A DNA stretch of 64,000 bases from Candidatus Methylomirabilota bacterium (lineage in GTDB: Bacteria > Methylomirabilota > Methylomirabilia > Rokubacteriales > DASRDR01), in NCBI GenBank assembly GCA_036005065.1, contig DASYQW010000062.1, forward strand, positions 569 through 64,568, read 5' to 3'. Under the pieces are notes generated by a model. That model made no database searches. It was not told the origin of the DNA and worked only from the letters and a program-made list of their open reading frames with translations. The translations under genes and the position numbers were made by a program. Positions 1 through 8,931 of this stretch are shown here, piece after piece. The number at the start of each line of letters is the position of its first letter. Positions within the stretch are counted from its first letter, which is position 1.

Positions 1-2
1 AC

Positions 3-740
3 GTCCGCGGGCTCGCCGCGGCGGCGATGCGGCGGGGCGCCGTGCTCTGCGACCGGTCACCCGTCGTGGCCTGGCGGCGAGAGGGCGGAGAACACGTGCT
101 GGTCACCCCCACCGGCGCCGTGCGCGCCCGCAAGGTCGTGGTGGCCACCAACGGCTACACGCCCGAAGGACTCCACCCCTTCTTCGGGGGGCGTGTCCTG
201 CCGGCCATCAGCAGCATCGTCGTCACCCGCCCGCTGGCCGAGGCCGAATGGCGCGAGGTCGGCATGCTGACGACCCAGGTCTTCTCCGACTCGCGGAAGC
301 TGCTCTTTTCCTGGCGGCGCCTCCCCGACGGGCGGCTCCTCTTCGGCGGCCGGGGCGGCATCCTCCATGCCCCGGCTGCGCTGGCCAAGCGGCGCCGGCG
401 GCTCGAGGCCGCGCTCGCCGCGAAGTGGCCGGTCCTGCGCGGGGTCGGGAGCGAGTACTTCTGGTCCGGGAACGTCTGCCTCTCGTACGACCTCATGCCG
501 CACGTGAACAGGGTCGACGGCGACCCCAGCGTGGCCTACGCCATGGCGTATCAGGGCAGCGGCGTCGCCATGGCCACCCACTGCGGCGGCCTCGCGGCCG
601 ATCTCGTCGCCGGCAAGGACGTCGCCCGCGACACGCCCCTCACGGCGGCGGGGCTGACGCGCTTCCCGCTCCCGTTCCTGCGCCGGGCGTACCTGGCCGG
701 CGCCTACGTCGTCTACAGCATCGAAGACCGCTGGCTCTAG
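3..740 (+). CDS. FAD-dependent oxidoreductase, DAO/PuuB (gamma-glutamylputrescine oxidase-like) family, 5' partial
   Basis: Frame is open from the window start. It has VVVATNGYT, GRLLFGGRG and YAMAYQGSGVAMATHCG (the C-terminal GxGxxxa motif of DAO-family enzymes). Confidence 0.8.
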   Translation, partial: VRGLAAAAMRRGAVLCDRSPVVAWRREGGEHVLVTPTGAVRARKVVVATNGYTPEGLHPFFGGRVLPAISSIVVTRPLAEAEWREVGMLTTQVFSDSRKLLFSWRRLPDGRLLFGGRGGILHAPAALAKRRRRLEAALAAKWPVLRGVGSEYFWSGNVCLSYDLMPHVNRVDGDPSVAYAMAYQGSGVAMATHCGGLAADLVAGKDVARDTPLTAAGLTRFPLPFLRRAYLAGAYVVYSIEDRWL

Positions 741-932
741 CCGGGATCATTCGCGAGGCATGGCGCCAGCCGCGGCGGATGCGCGCCACCTATCACCGGC
801 GCAAGCGCACCCCCACGCCGACTGTCCCACCATCTGGCACCGAGCATTGATCCCGAAGGCTACGCTCTCCCGGTCGCCCGGGCGCCGATTCTGGTGACCG
901 CCCGGCTGGTCCCAGAGAAGAGGCGCTCCTGG

Positions 933-2267
933 TCAGTCGACGATCGCTTGGTAAACGAGCTGCCTGAAGAGCGTGCGATGGTACAAGCGCAAGGCGCCTG
1001 CCGATTGCACCATGAAAACGGCGACCAGCTGCTCCTTCGGATCAACCCAGAAGAGGGTGCCGGCATAACCGCCCCAGTTGAAATCACCGGCTGACCCTGG
1101 AACAGGGGCGATGCCGTCCGAGGGCCGCACGGCAAAGCCGAGGCCGAAGGTATAGGTCGATGCTCGCAGCACCGACCCGCCCGGCGTCGCTGCCACGGGC
1201 AGGCCTGATCCCAGATGATCGGCGGTCATGTGCTTGATGGTGGTGCGGCTCACCACACGCTGGCCATCCAGGATGCCGCCGTTCGCCAGCATTTGCGCGA
1301 AGCGCAAGTAGTCGCCCGCGGTCGCTACGCCGCCCGCGCCGCCGGAGTCGTTTCCTGGCTGTTTCGACACGTCGATCAGCTTGATCGCCGTGCCGGCGAG
1401 GGGATCCTTCTCAAAGGGTTCGGCGACACGCCCGATCTTGGCCTCCGGCACCCAGAATCCGGTGTCGCCCATTCCGAGCGGCTTGAACACGCGCTCGCTC
1501 ATAAAATCGCCGAGGCGCTTGCCCGACGCCGCTTCCACGACGCGCCCGAGCACATCGGAGGCAAGGCTGTACTCCCAGGTCGTGCCGGGCTGATAGAGCA
1601 ATGGAATCTTGGAGAGGCGCTCGACCTGCTCCGCGCCAGTCATATCGCGTACGTCGAAATCGATCACGCCGGGCTTGAACAGACCGGCCTTGATCAAGGC
1701 GTCCTTGACGGCAGCGTTCTGCGTCAGCTCGCCGTATGGAAGGCCAGCGGTATGACGCAAGAGATCCTGCACCGTCATGGGACGCTCTGCCGCGACCTCA
1801 CCGCCGCTGGTCCAGACCTTGACATCCTTGAAGGCAGGAAGCCATTTGGCGACCGGATCCATGAGCTGCAGCGCGCCGTCCTCGACCAGAAGCATGGCGG
1901 CGACCGAGACCATGGGCTTGGTCATCGAGTAGATGCGGAAGATGGTGTCGACCCGCATGGGATCGGTGCCCTTCGGGTCACGCAGACCAACAGCGGTCGC
2001 ATAGACCAGCTTGCTCTTGCGCGCGATCATCATGACTGCGCCAGGCAGTCTCTTGTCCTCGATCTCCTTCTTGAAGATGGCTGTAAGCCGCGCGAGTCGA
2101 TCCGGCGACATGCCGACGCTTTCGGGCTGGGCGCTCGCGATGGGAAGCGTGTCGGGTCCTACTGTGCTCTGCGCCTTGGCCACGGCCGGCACGAACAGAG
2201 TGGCAATCGTGAGGGCGACGACAGGCAGCACCCTTCGTTGCGAGGGCTGTCGCGTGCTCGAAATCAT
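933..2267 (-). CDS. Serine hydrolase, beta-lactamase/class C-like family, with signal peptide
   Basis: SxxK motif (IYSMTKPM), LLRHTAG, WEYS, WGGYAGTLFWVDP. GGAGG lies 7 nt upstream of the ATG at 2267; the track ATG at 2273 is only 1 nt from the SD. Confidence 0.9.
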   Translation of the reverse strand: MISSTRQPSQRRVLPVVALTIATLFVPAVAKAQSTVGPDTLPIASAQPESVGMSPDRLARLTAIFKKEIEDKRLPGAVMMIARKSKLVYATAVGLRDPKGTDPMRVDTIFRIYSMTKPMVSVAAMLLVEDGALQLMDPVAKWLPAFKDVKVWTSGGEVAAERPMTVQDLLRHTAGLPYGELTQNAAVKDALIKAGLFKPGVIDFDVRDMTGAEQVERLSKIPLLYQPGTTWEYSLASDVLGRVVEAASGKRLGDFMSERVFKPLGMGDTGFWVPEAKIGRVAEPFEKDPLAGTAIKLIDVSKQPGNDSGGAGGVATAGDYLRFAQMLANGGILDGQRVVSRTTIKHMTADHLGSGLPVAATPGGSVLRASTYTFGLGFAVRPSDGIAPVPGSAGDFNWGGYAGTLFWVDPKEQLVAVFMVQSAGALRLYHRTLFRQLVYQAIVD

Positions 2268-2348
2268 GGGCATTCCTCCGAATAGAACGCCGCTGACATA
2301 GAGGCCAATTCTCGGACTTCCCTGCCCAATCCCCCCAAAACCGCCTGT

Positions 2349-2376
2349 ACCCTACCACACGCGGAGGGCGAGTCAA
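2349..2376 (-). promoter_or_regulatory. Putative sigma70 promoter of the serine hydrolase gene
   Basis: TTGACT-N16-TAGGGT on the minus strand, with TG extended -10. Confidence 0.45.
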
Positions 2377-2411
2377 GGGCAAGGCAGGCCGGGTGGCGTC
2401 GAGACGCGAGG

Positions 2412-3365
2412 CTACGGGCGCAGCACCCGAATCGGCTCGCCGCCCAGGTAGGCCTGGATGTCCTCGAGCGCCTGCCCGTAGAAGATCCGGTAGGTCTCCT
2501 CGGTCACGTAACCCAGGTGCGGGGTGATCACCGTGTTGGGGAGCCGGCGGAGCGGGTGGTCGAGCGGCAGCGGCTCCTCGTCGAAGACGTCGAGGCCGGC
2601 GCCGGCGATGATGCCGTCGCGGAGCGCGCGGACGAGCGCGGCCTCGTCCACGATGGGACCGCGGGACGTGTTGACGAGGTACGCGCTCGGCTTCAGGAGG
2701 GCCAGCTCGCGTGCGCCGAGGAGACCGCGGGTGCGCTCGCTGAGGACGAGGTGAATGGTGACCACGTCCGATCGCGCCAGGAGCTCGTCGCGCCCGACCA
2801 GGGTGGCGCCCACCTCGGCGGCGCGCTCGGCGGTGAGGTTCTGGCTCCAGGCCAGCACCCGCATCTCGAACGCGTGCCCGATCCGGGCCACCCGCGAGCC
2901 GAGCCCGCCAAGTCCGAGCACCCCGAGGGTCTTGCCGTTGAGCCCGAGCCCGACGCTCTCCTGCCAGCGACCCGCCCGGGTCGCCCGGTCCTCGGTGGGA
3001 ATGCGCCTGACCAGCGAGAGGATCAGCCCCCAGGCGAGCTCGGCCGTCGGATACGGCAGGCCCGCCGTGCCGCAGACGAGGACGCCGCGCGCGGCCGCCG
3101 CGGGCAGGTCGATGGCCGCGTTGCGCATCCCGGCCGTGACGAGGAGGCGGAGCCGGGGCAGGCGGGCGAGGAGCGCTCCCGGGAACGGCGTCCGCTCCCG
3201 CATGGCCACGACGATGTCGAAATCGGCCAGCCGGGCGGCGACGGCGTCGAGGTCGGCGAGGTGGTCCCGGAACGCCACCACCTCGACGTCGGCGGGAAGG
3301 CGGCGCCAGTCGGCCAGGTGGACGGCGACGCCCTGATAGTCGTCGAGGATCGCGAGGCGGGTCAC
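2412..3365 (-). CDS. D-2-hydroxyacid dehydrogenase (SerA/GhrB-like)
   Basis: GTG start overlaps the LLM stop (GTGA). Motifs AILDDYQ, GVLGLGGLG (NAD-binding), VNTSRGPIVD, GLDVF, TPHLGY. Confidence 0.9.
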   Translation of the reverse strand: MTRLAILDDYQGVAVHLADWRRLPADVEVVAFRDHLADLDAVAARLADFDIVVAMRERTPFPGALLARLPRLRLLVTAGMRNAAIDLPAAAARGVLVCGTAGLPYPTAELAWGLILSLVRRIPTEDRATRAGRWQESVGLGLNGKTLGVLGLGGLGSRVARIGHAFEMRVLAWSQNLTAERAAEVGATLVGRDELLARSDVVTIHLVLSERTRGLLGARELALLKPSAYLVNTSRGPIVDEAALVRALRDGIIAGAGLDVFDEEPLPLDHPLRRLPNTVITPHLGYVTEETYRIFYGQALEDIQAYLGGEPIRVLRP

Positions 3366-4396
3366 GATCGCTCGCCGCCGGCGGGCTCGGCCTCCGGAAA
3401 CGCGGGCATGACGCGCTCGGCGAAGAGCTCCATGTCCGCCAGGAGCTCGTCTCGGGTGCTGCCGAGGAACACGACCCCCACGTGGGCGACGCCCAGGCGC
3501 TCGAACTCCCGCAGCTGCTGGATCACGTCGTCGGGATGGCCGAATAGATTTCCGGCCCGGTACTGCGCGAGGGCCTTCTCCTCCGAGCGCTCGGGGTCCC
3601 TGGCCACCGTCCGGCGGAAGTGCTGAGATTGCCGCAGCTTCGCCTCGGCCTCCGCCCGGTCCCGGCCGAAGCTCAGCCAGATCTGGAAGTGCACCGACAA
3701 CCGCGCCGGGTCCCGGCCGGCTTGCACGGCCGCCGCCGTCATGGTCGCGCGGGCCTCGCCGATCCGATCGCGGGCGAGCCCGGCGACGATCAACCCATCC
3801 CCCAGCCGGCCGGCCCGCCGAAAGCCCGCCGCCTCGTGGGCGCTCACGTAGATCGGGAACGGCCGCTGCATCGGCTTGGGAGCCAGCTCGATCTCGGCGA
3901 AACGAATGTGCGTCCCCTGAAGGCTCGCCCGCCGCTGCGTGAACAGGAGCTGGAGCGCCCGGATGCCTTCCTCGAGGAGGGCGCCGCGGTTCGCCCCCCG
4001 GAGCTCGGGCCGGACGGCCTCGAACTCCTCGCGGTACGCCCCGATCCCGAGTCCCAGCATGACGCGCCCGCCCGTCAGCACGTCCAGCGTCGCCAGCTGC
4101 TTGGCCACCACGACGACGTCGCGGTGGGGCAGCACGAGCACGCTCAGCACCAGGCGCAACCGCCGCGTCACGTGCGTCAGCGAGGCGTAGGTGATCAGCG
4201 GCTCGTAGAAGTTGGGCGCGTCCGCCTGGGTGGCCTGGATGACGTGGGGCGTCGTCAGATGGTCGTTCGCCCACAGCGAGTAGAAGCCGAGCTCCTCGGC
4301 GCGGGCGGCCAGCGTGGCGAAATCCTGGGGCCGGACGTAAGGGACCGGATAGGCCGTGCCCTCCCGGCAGGTAGGCAAGCCGACGCCAAAGCGCAT
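3362..4396 (-). CDS. LLM-class flavin-dependent oxidoreductase
   Basis: GFYSLWANDH, LATLDVLTGGRVMLGLGIG, PKPMQRPFPIYV. Confidence 0.9.
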   Translation of the reverse strand: MRFGVGLPTCREGTAYPVPYVRPQDFATLAARAEELGFYSLWANDHLTTPHVIQATQADAPNFYEPLITYASLTHVTRRLRLVLSVLVLPHRDVVVVAKQLATLDVLTGGRVMLGLGIGAYREEFEAVRPELRGANRGALLEEGIRALQLLFTQRRASLQGTHIRFAEIELAPKPMQRPFPIYVSAHEAAGFRRAGRLGDGLIVAGLARDRIGEARATMTAAAVQAGRDPARLSVHFQIWLSFGRDRAEAEAKLRQSQHFRRTVARDPERSEEKALAQYRAGNLFGHPDDVIQQLREFERLGVAHVGVVFLGSTRDELLADMELFAERVMPAFPEAEPAGGERS

Positions 4397-4407
4397 CGTG
4401 CCCCCCC

Positions 4408-5235
4408 TCAGCGACCGACCAGGTCGCGGAGGCCATCCGACAGCACCTGAAAGGCCAGCACCACCAGGAAGATCGCCGCGCCCGAGGCGATGGAGATCCA
4501 CGGCGCCAGGACCAGGTAGGAATAGCCCTCCCGCAGCATGCGGCCCCACGACAGTGCGGGAGGGGGAACGCCGAGCCCCAGGAAGCTCAGGCTCGCCTCG
4601 GTCAGGATCGCCGTTCCGACCCCGAACGAGGCCTGGACGAGCAGGACGTCGCTCACGTTCGGCAGGAAGTGGCGCCACATCACGCGGCCGGCGCTCGCCC
4701 CCTGGGCCCACGCGGCCGCGATGAACTCCCGCTCGCGCAGCGACACGACCTCACCCCGGACCAGGAGGGCGAAGCTCGGAATGAACGTGATGGCCAGCGC
4801 CCCGATCACGTTCCAGAGGCTCACCCCGAGGAAGGCGGTGATGGCGAGAGCCAGCACGAGCGAGGGGAAGACGAGAAACGCGTCCATCACCCGCATGAGC
4901 AGGTCGGGCCCGGCGCCGCGGAAGGTGCCCGCCACCAGCCCGAGCGCCGTGCCCGCCGCCATCCCGGCCACCACCGACAGTATCCCCACCACCATCGAGA
5001 TCCGGGCGCCGACGATGATCTGGCTGAAGACGTCGCGCCCCAGCGGGTCGGTCCCGAGCACGTGAGTCGCGCTGGGCGGCCGGAGGGTCTCGCGCGGACT
5101 GTAGCGCGACGCGTCGTACGGGGCCATCCGGGCGCCGAGCGCCGCGCAGAGGAACGCCGCCGCGACGATGCCGGCCCCCAGCGCGACCTCGGCGCCCGCC
5201 TTACTGGAGGCGAACCCGGGGATCCACGATCCCAT
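4408..5235 (-). CDS. Dpp/Opp-type ABC transporter permease (DppC-like)
   Basis: HVLGTDPLGRD, EAA-like loop REFIAAAWAQGAS, EASLSFLGLG. Confidence 0.9.
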   Translation of the reverse strand: MGSWIPGFASSKAGAEVALGAGIVAAAFLCAALGARMAPYDASRYSPRETLRPPSATHVLGTDPLGRDVFSQIIVGARISMVVGILSVVAGMAAGTALGLVAGTFRGAGPDLLMRVMDAFLVFPSLVLALAITAFLGVSLWNVIGALAITFIPSFALLVRGEVVSLREREFIAAAWAQGASAGRVMWRHFLPNVSDVLLVQASFGVGTAILTEASLSFLGLGVPPPALSWGRMLREGYSYLVLAPWISIASGAAIFLVVLAFQVLSDGLRDLVGR

Positions 5236-6145
5236 AGGCCAGCTCGACGAGGAAGTTCGTCACGAACACCCCGACGGTCACCACGATGATGACGCCCTGC
5301 ACGACCGGAAAGTCGCGCCCGAGGATCGAGTCGACCAGCAGGATCCCGATCCCCGGCAGCGCGAAGACCGTCTCGGTGACGACCGCCCCCCCGAAGAGCC
5401 GGGAAATGCTGATCCCCAGCACGCTCAGCACCGGAAGCAGCGAGTTGCGCAGGGCGTGCACCCAGAGCACGCGCGTCTCCGAGATGCCCTTGGCGCGGGC
5501 CGTCCGCACGTAATCGCTCTCCAGCGCTTCCAGCATCTTGGTCCGCGTCAGCCGGGCCAGGTTCGAGAAGTAGGCGGCGCTCAGGGTGACCGCCGGCAGA
5601 GCCATGCGCGTGAGGTTGCCCACCGGGTCTTCCGTGAAGGGCACCGTGCCCGACGACGGCAGCAGCCGAAGCTGAAGCGAGAACAGGAAGATCAAGAGGA
5701 TGGCGATCCAGAAATTGGGCATGGCGATCCCCAGGCCGGTCAGGAGCGCGATCCCCAGGTCGACCTTCGTGTGCGAGCGGACCGCCGCCAGGATCCCCAG
5801 GGCGAGCGCCAGCCCCACCGCCAGCAGGAGCGACAGCGCCGTCAGCTCGAGCGTGACGGGGAGGCGGGCCAGGATGGCCCGAAACACCGGCTCCGAGGTG
5901 CGAAAGGACCGCCCCCAGTCGCCGCCGAGGAGCCGGCCGAGCCAGTCGAGGTACTGGACGTACGGCGGGCGATCGAAGCCGAGATCCTGCCGCAGCCGGG
6001 CGATCGTGTCGGGGTCGGCGTCGCGGCCCAGCATCAGCACGACGGGATCGCCCAGGACCGCCCGCATGAGCAGGAAGATGAGGGCGGTCAGGAACACGAT
6101 CGCAAACAGCATCGCCAGAGTGCGGCGCGCCACGAACGTCCACAC
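5201..6145 (-). CDS. Dpp/Opp-type ABC transporter permease (DppB-like)
   Basis: DYVRTARAKG, ETVFALPGIG, YGIVDPRVR. Confidence 0.92.
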   Translation of the reverse strand: MWTFVARRTLAMLFAIVFLTALIFLLMRAVLGDPVVLMLGRDADPDTIARLRQDLGFDRPPYVQYLDWLGRLLGGDWGRSFRTSEPVFRAILARLPVTLELTALSLLLAVGLALALGILAAVRSHTKVDLGIALLTGLGIAMPNFWIAILLIFLFSLQLRLLPSSGTVPFTEDPVGNLTRMALPAVTLSAAYFSNLARLTRTKMLEALESDYVRTARAKGISETRVLWVHALRNSLLPVLSVLGISISRLFGGAVVTETVFALPGIGILLVDSILGRDFPVVQGVIIVVTVGVFVTNFLVELAYGIVDPRVRLQ

Positions 6146-6167
6146 TGCGGCGCCTGTCGAGCCTTCG

Positions 6168-7721
6168 CTACTTCTCCAGCCAGAGCTCCCGGAAGCGCGG
6201 CACCAGATCGGGGACCCACTTCCAGTTCTGCACCCGGCGGCTCATCACCGCGAACTCGGCGGTGTAGTTCAGGAAGACATACGGCGCGTCGTCCACGATG
6301 ATCCGCTCGGCCTCGTGATAGAGCGGCTTGCGCTTCTCGGCCTCGAAGATCGCGGCGGCGCGGTCGAGCAGCTCGTCCACCCGGGGGTTGTTGTACCCGG
6401 TCGTGTTGGCGAAGCCCTTCGAGTGGAACAGGATGCGCAACAGGCCGTCGGGGTCGGCGCGCTGGGTCCAGTTGGTGTGCGTCCAGTTCGTCTTCTTCTG
6501 GACCACCAGAGCGTAGGAGTCCGCCGGGTTCACCGGCTCGAACTCCAGTGTCACGTTGATCTTCTTGAGCTGCTCCTGGAGCAACTCGCCCTGCCGGATC
6601 CACTGGGGCGTGTTCGTGACCGTGAACTTGTGCCGGAAGCCGTTGGGATACCCCGCTTCGGCCAGCTTGCGTTTGGCCTGCTCGAGGTCATAGCCGTATC
6701 CCTTGAAGTTCGGGTCGAACCACCATACCCCGGGCACCACCGGTCCGCGGGCCGGCTCGCCGAACCCCAGCAGGAAGACGTCGCGAAGCTCGCTCCGATC
6801 GATGGCCAGCGCGATCGCCTGCCGCAGCGCCTTGTTGTTGAAGGGCGGCTTGTCCACCCACCACTGCAACGCGTTCCACCGGGCCGGTGGCTTGAGCTCG
6901 CTCACCTTGATGGCGCTCTCGCGCGAGAGCGTCGGCACGTCCTTGGCATCCACGTCGGTCGCGATGTCGACCTCCCCGGTGCGCACCATGGTGATCCGCA
7001 CGGTCGGGTCCGGCACCACCCGGTACACGATCCGATCGAGGTACGGCTTCCCCGGGTCCCAGTAGCCGGCGAACCGCTCCAGGGTGAGATGGGAATCGGT
7101 GACCCACTCGACGAATCGGAAGGGGCCCGTGCCCACGGGATTGCGGCCGAAGTCCTCACCGTACTTCTGCACGGCGGCCGGCGAGACGATGAACCCGGGG
7201 CGCTCGGCCAGCGCGGCCAGGAGGGGGGCGAACGGTCGCTTCAGCTCGAAGACCACGGTCTGGGGATCGATCACCCCTACCCGCTCGATCGTCGGCTCGA
7301 GCTGGCTCCGCTGGGGCGATTTCGTCTTGGGGTCGAGGATCCGCTCGATGTTCCACTTCACCGCCTCGGCGGTGAAGTCCGTCCCATCGTGGAACTTGAC
7401 CCCGCGCTGCAACTGAAAGGTGATCTTGCGGCCGTCGGGGGAGAACTGCCACGAGCGGGCCAGCTCGGGAACGATGTTGAAGGTGCTGTCCACGCCCACC
7501 AGGGTGTTGAAGATCGCGTACAGGACGAACCGCTCGGGCCACTGGACGGAGAGCTGGGGATCGAAGGTCCGGGTCTGCGGAATCCAGCCCACCCGGAGGG
7601 TCCCGCCGCGTACCGGTTCGGCGGCGCCGGCGAGGAGCGGCGCGGCCGTCGCCAGCAGCAGGGCGACCACCACCAGGGCCGGGGTCAGGTGTCGAGCGGA
7701 GTGCTTGCTGGATCGCCGCAT
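6168..7721 (-). CDS. Dpp/Opp-type ABC substrate-binding protein (family 5)
   Basis: Signal peptide, LRQGVKFHDG-like (LQRGVKFHDGTDFTAEAV), PVGTGPF. Confidence 0.92.
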   Translation of the reverse strand: MRRSSKHSARHLTPALVVVALLLATAAPLLAGAAEPVRGGTLRVGWIPQTRTFDPQLSVQWPERFVLYAIFNTLVGVDSTFNIVPELARSWQFSPDGRKITFQLQRGVKFHDGTDFTAEAVKWNIERILDPKTKSPQRSQLEPTIERVGVIDPQTVVFELKRPFAPLLAALAERPGFIVSPAAVQKYGEDFGRNPVGTGPFRFVEWVTDSHLTLERFAGYWDPGKPYLDRIVYRVVPDPTVRITMVRTGEVDIATDVDAKDVPTLSRESAIKVSELKPPARWNALQWWVDKPPFNNKALRQAIALAIDRSELRDVFLLGFGEPARGPVVPGVWWFDPNFKGYGYDLEQAKRKLAEAGYPNGFRHKFTVTNTPQWIRQGELLQEQLKKINVTLEFEPVNPADSYALVVQKKTNWTHTNWTQRADPDGLLRILFHSKGFANTTGYNNPRVDELLDRAAAIFEAEKRKPLYHEAERIIVDDAPYVFLNYTAEFAVMSRRVQNWKWVPDLVPRFRELWLEK

Positions 7722-7815
7722 CGCTAGCCTCCTGTTCCGATCGCCGGGTCCACGGTCCTCAGGCGTACCCTCGCGTGAACCGCATCCGGTGCGCGTCGGA
7801 CATCCCGGTGTCCGG

Positions 7816-8235
7816 TCACCCCGCCCGTCGGATGCGCACGGTCTTGGGGCCTTCGAAGATGATGCGCTCGCAGCTCTTCGCGAAGGGTTCCACGTTTTCG
7901 ATGATCCGGCCGATGTGCGCGACGGGCAGGTCCCCCTTGAAGTCGCGCCAGGCCGCCTGCCCGTAGGCGATGCCGATCTTGTAGAGCTGGTAGCGAGGAT
8001 CGTCGTAGTAGATGATGTCGCCGGCCTGGAGCACGGTGACCGGGTTCTCGACCTCTCCCAGGTTCAACGGGTAGTTCTTCTCGGTGCGCCACGCCGCGCC
8101 GGACCATCGGACCTGGATCGTCCGGTCCTCGATCGGCAGGAGCGACCAGACCTTCTCACACGTCCGCGGGGCCTTCTCGGGGAAAAGTACGGCCCTGGCC
8201 ACGATTCCATCCAGCTCGATCGCGATGTTGGGCAC
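7816..8235 (-). CDS. DUF3830-like (cyclophilin-fold) protein
   Basis: PEKAPRTCEKVWSLLP, RWSG, ENPVTVLQAGDIIYY and IAYG resemble DUF3830 family patterns; recognised from memory only. Confidence 0.65.
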   Translation of the reverse strand: MPNIAIELDGIVARAVLFPEKAPRTCEKVWSLLPIEDRTIQVRWSGAAWRTEKNYPLNLGEVENPVTVLQAGDIIYYDDPRYQLYKIGIAYGQAAWRDFKGDLPVAHIGRIIENVEPFAKSCERIIFEGPKTVRIRRAG

Positions 8236-8271
8236 CGCCTCTGCTCCTTTCGACGTACCCGGCTCGGGACG

Positions 8272-8931
8272 TCACCCGTCCGCCCCCCGAGCCATCTGCG
8301 CGGTGATCCAATCCTCCACCTCGCGGGACGGCACCACGTGGGCATACTTCATCGCCATGTCGAAGAGGTTGACCCGATGTGGCGTCTCCGCCCGATCGAA
8401 GACCGCCTCGATGGGCACGACCGTCTTGAACCGATACGAATAGCTGTCGAGCACCGTGGCCCGGACACACCCGCTGGTGGTGCAGCCGGTGACGATCACG
8501 GTGTCGATGCGCCGCTCGATGAGGTAGCTCGCCAGGTGCGTCCCGAAAAACGCGCTGGGGACGTCCTTGGCGATGACGACTTCACCAGGCGCCGGCTTCA
8601 CCTCGTCCACGATGGCCGTCCCGCGGTCGGCCTCGCCCGCCCGGCCCCCCTTGGGCACGCCGTGGGTGAAGAAGACCGGGAGCCTGGCCTCGCGCGACAG
8701 GTCGAGAAGCCGGCGGATGAATGGGAGCGCGGTCCAGGCGTAGACGCCGCAGCTGTCCTTGAACTTTTCGATCGCCTGCCAGACGGGCTCGGGCTGTTCC
8801 CCCGTGAAATTGTACTCCATGTCCACCACGAGGAGGGCGCCGCGCGTGCCGAAGCCCCGGAGCCGGCCGTACCCGGCCCGATGGTAGACCTCCTGCTCCG
8901 CATCGGGGATCAGTCCGTCCCAGAGCGCCAT
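8272..8931 (-). CDS. Isochorismatase-family cysteine hydrolase (maleamate/N-carbamoylsarcosine amidase-like)
   Basis: ALLVVDM, K..PSAFFGT, VTGCTTSGCVRATVLD. Confidence 0.9.
   Translation of the reverse strand: MALWDGLIPDAEQEVYHRAGYGRLRGFGTRGALLVVDMEYNFTGEQPEPVWQAIEKFKDSCGVYAWTALPFIRRLLDLSREARLPVFFTHGVPKGGRAGEADRGTAIVDEVKPAPGEVVIAKDVPSAFFGTHLASYLIERRIDTVIVTGCTTSGCVRATVLDSYSYRFKTVVPIEAVFDRAETPHRVNLFDMAMKYAHVVPSREVEDWITAQMARGADG

Noticed and set aside
765-850. RATYHRRKR peptide resembling an IS3-family OrfB N-terminus
   Set aside because: Only about 9 residues, with no DDE domain, terminal inverted repeats or continuation.
835-850. TGGCAC-CGAGC-ATTG as a sigma54 promoter
   Set aside because: The -12 GC is missing or misspaced relative to TGGCAC-N5-TTGC, and no gene follows on that strand.
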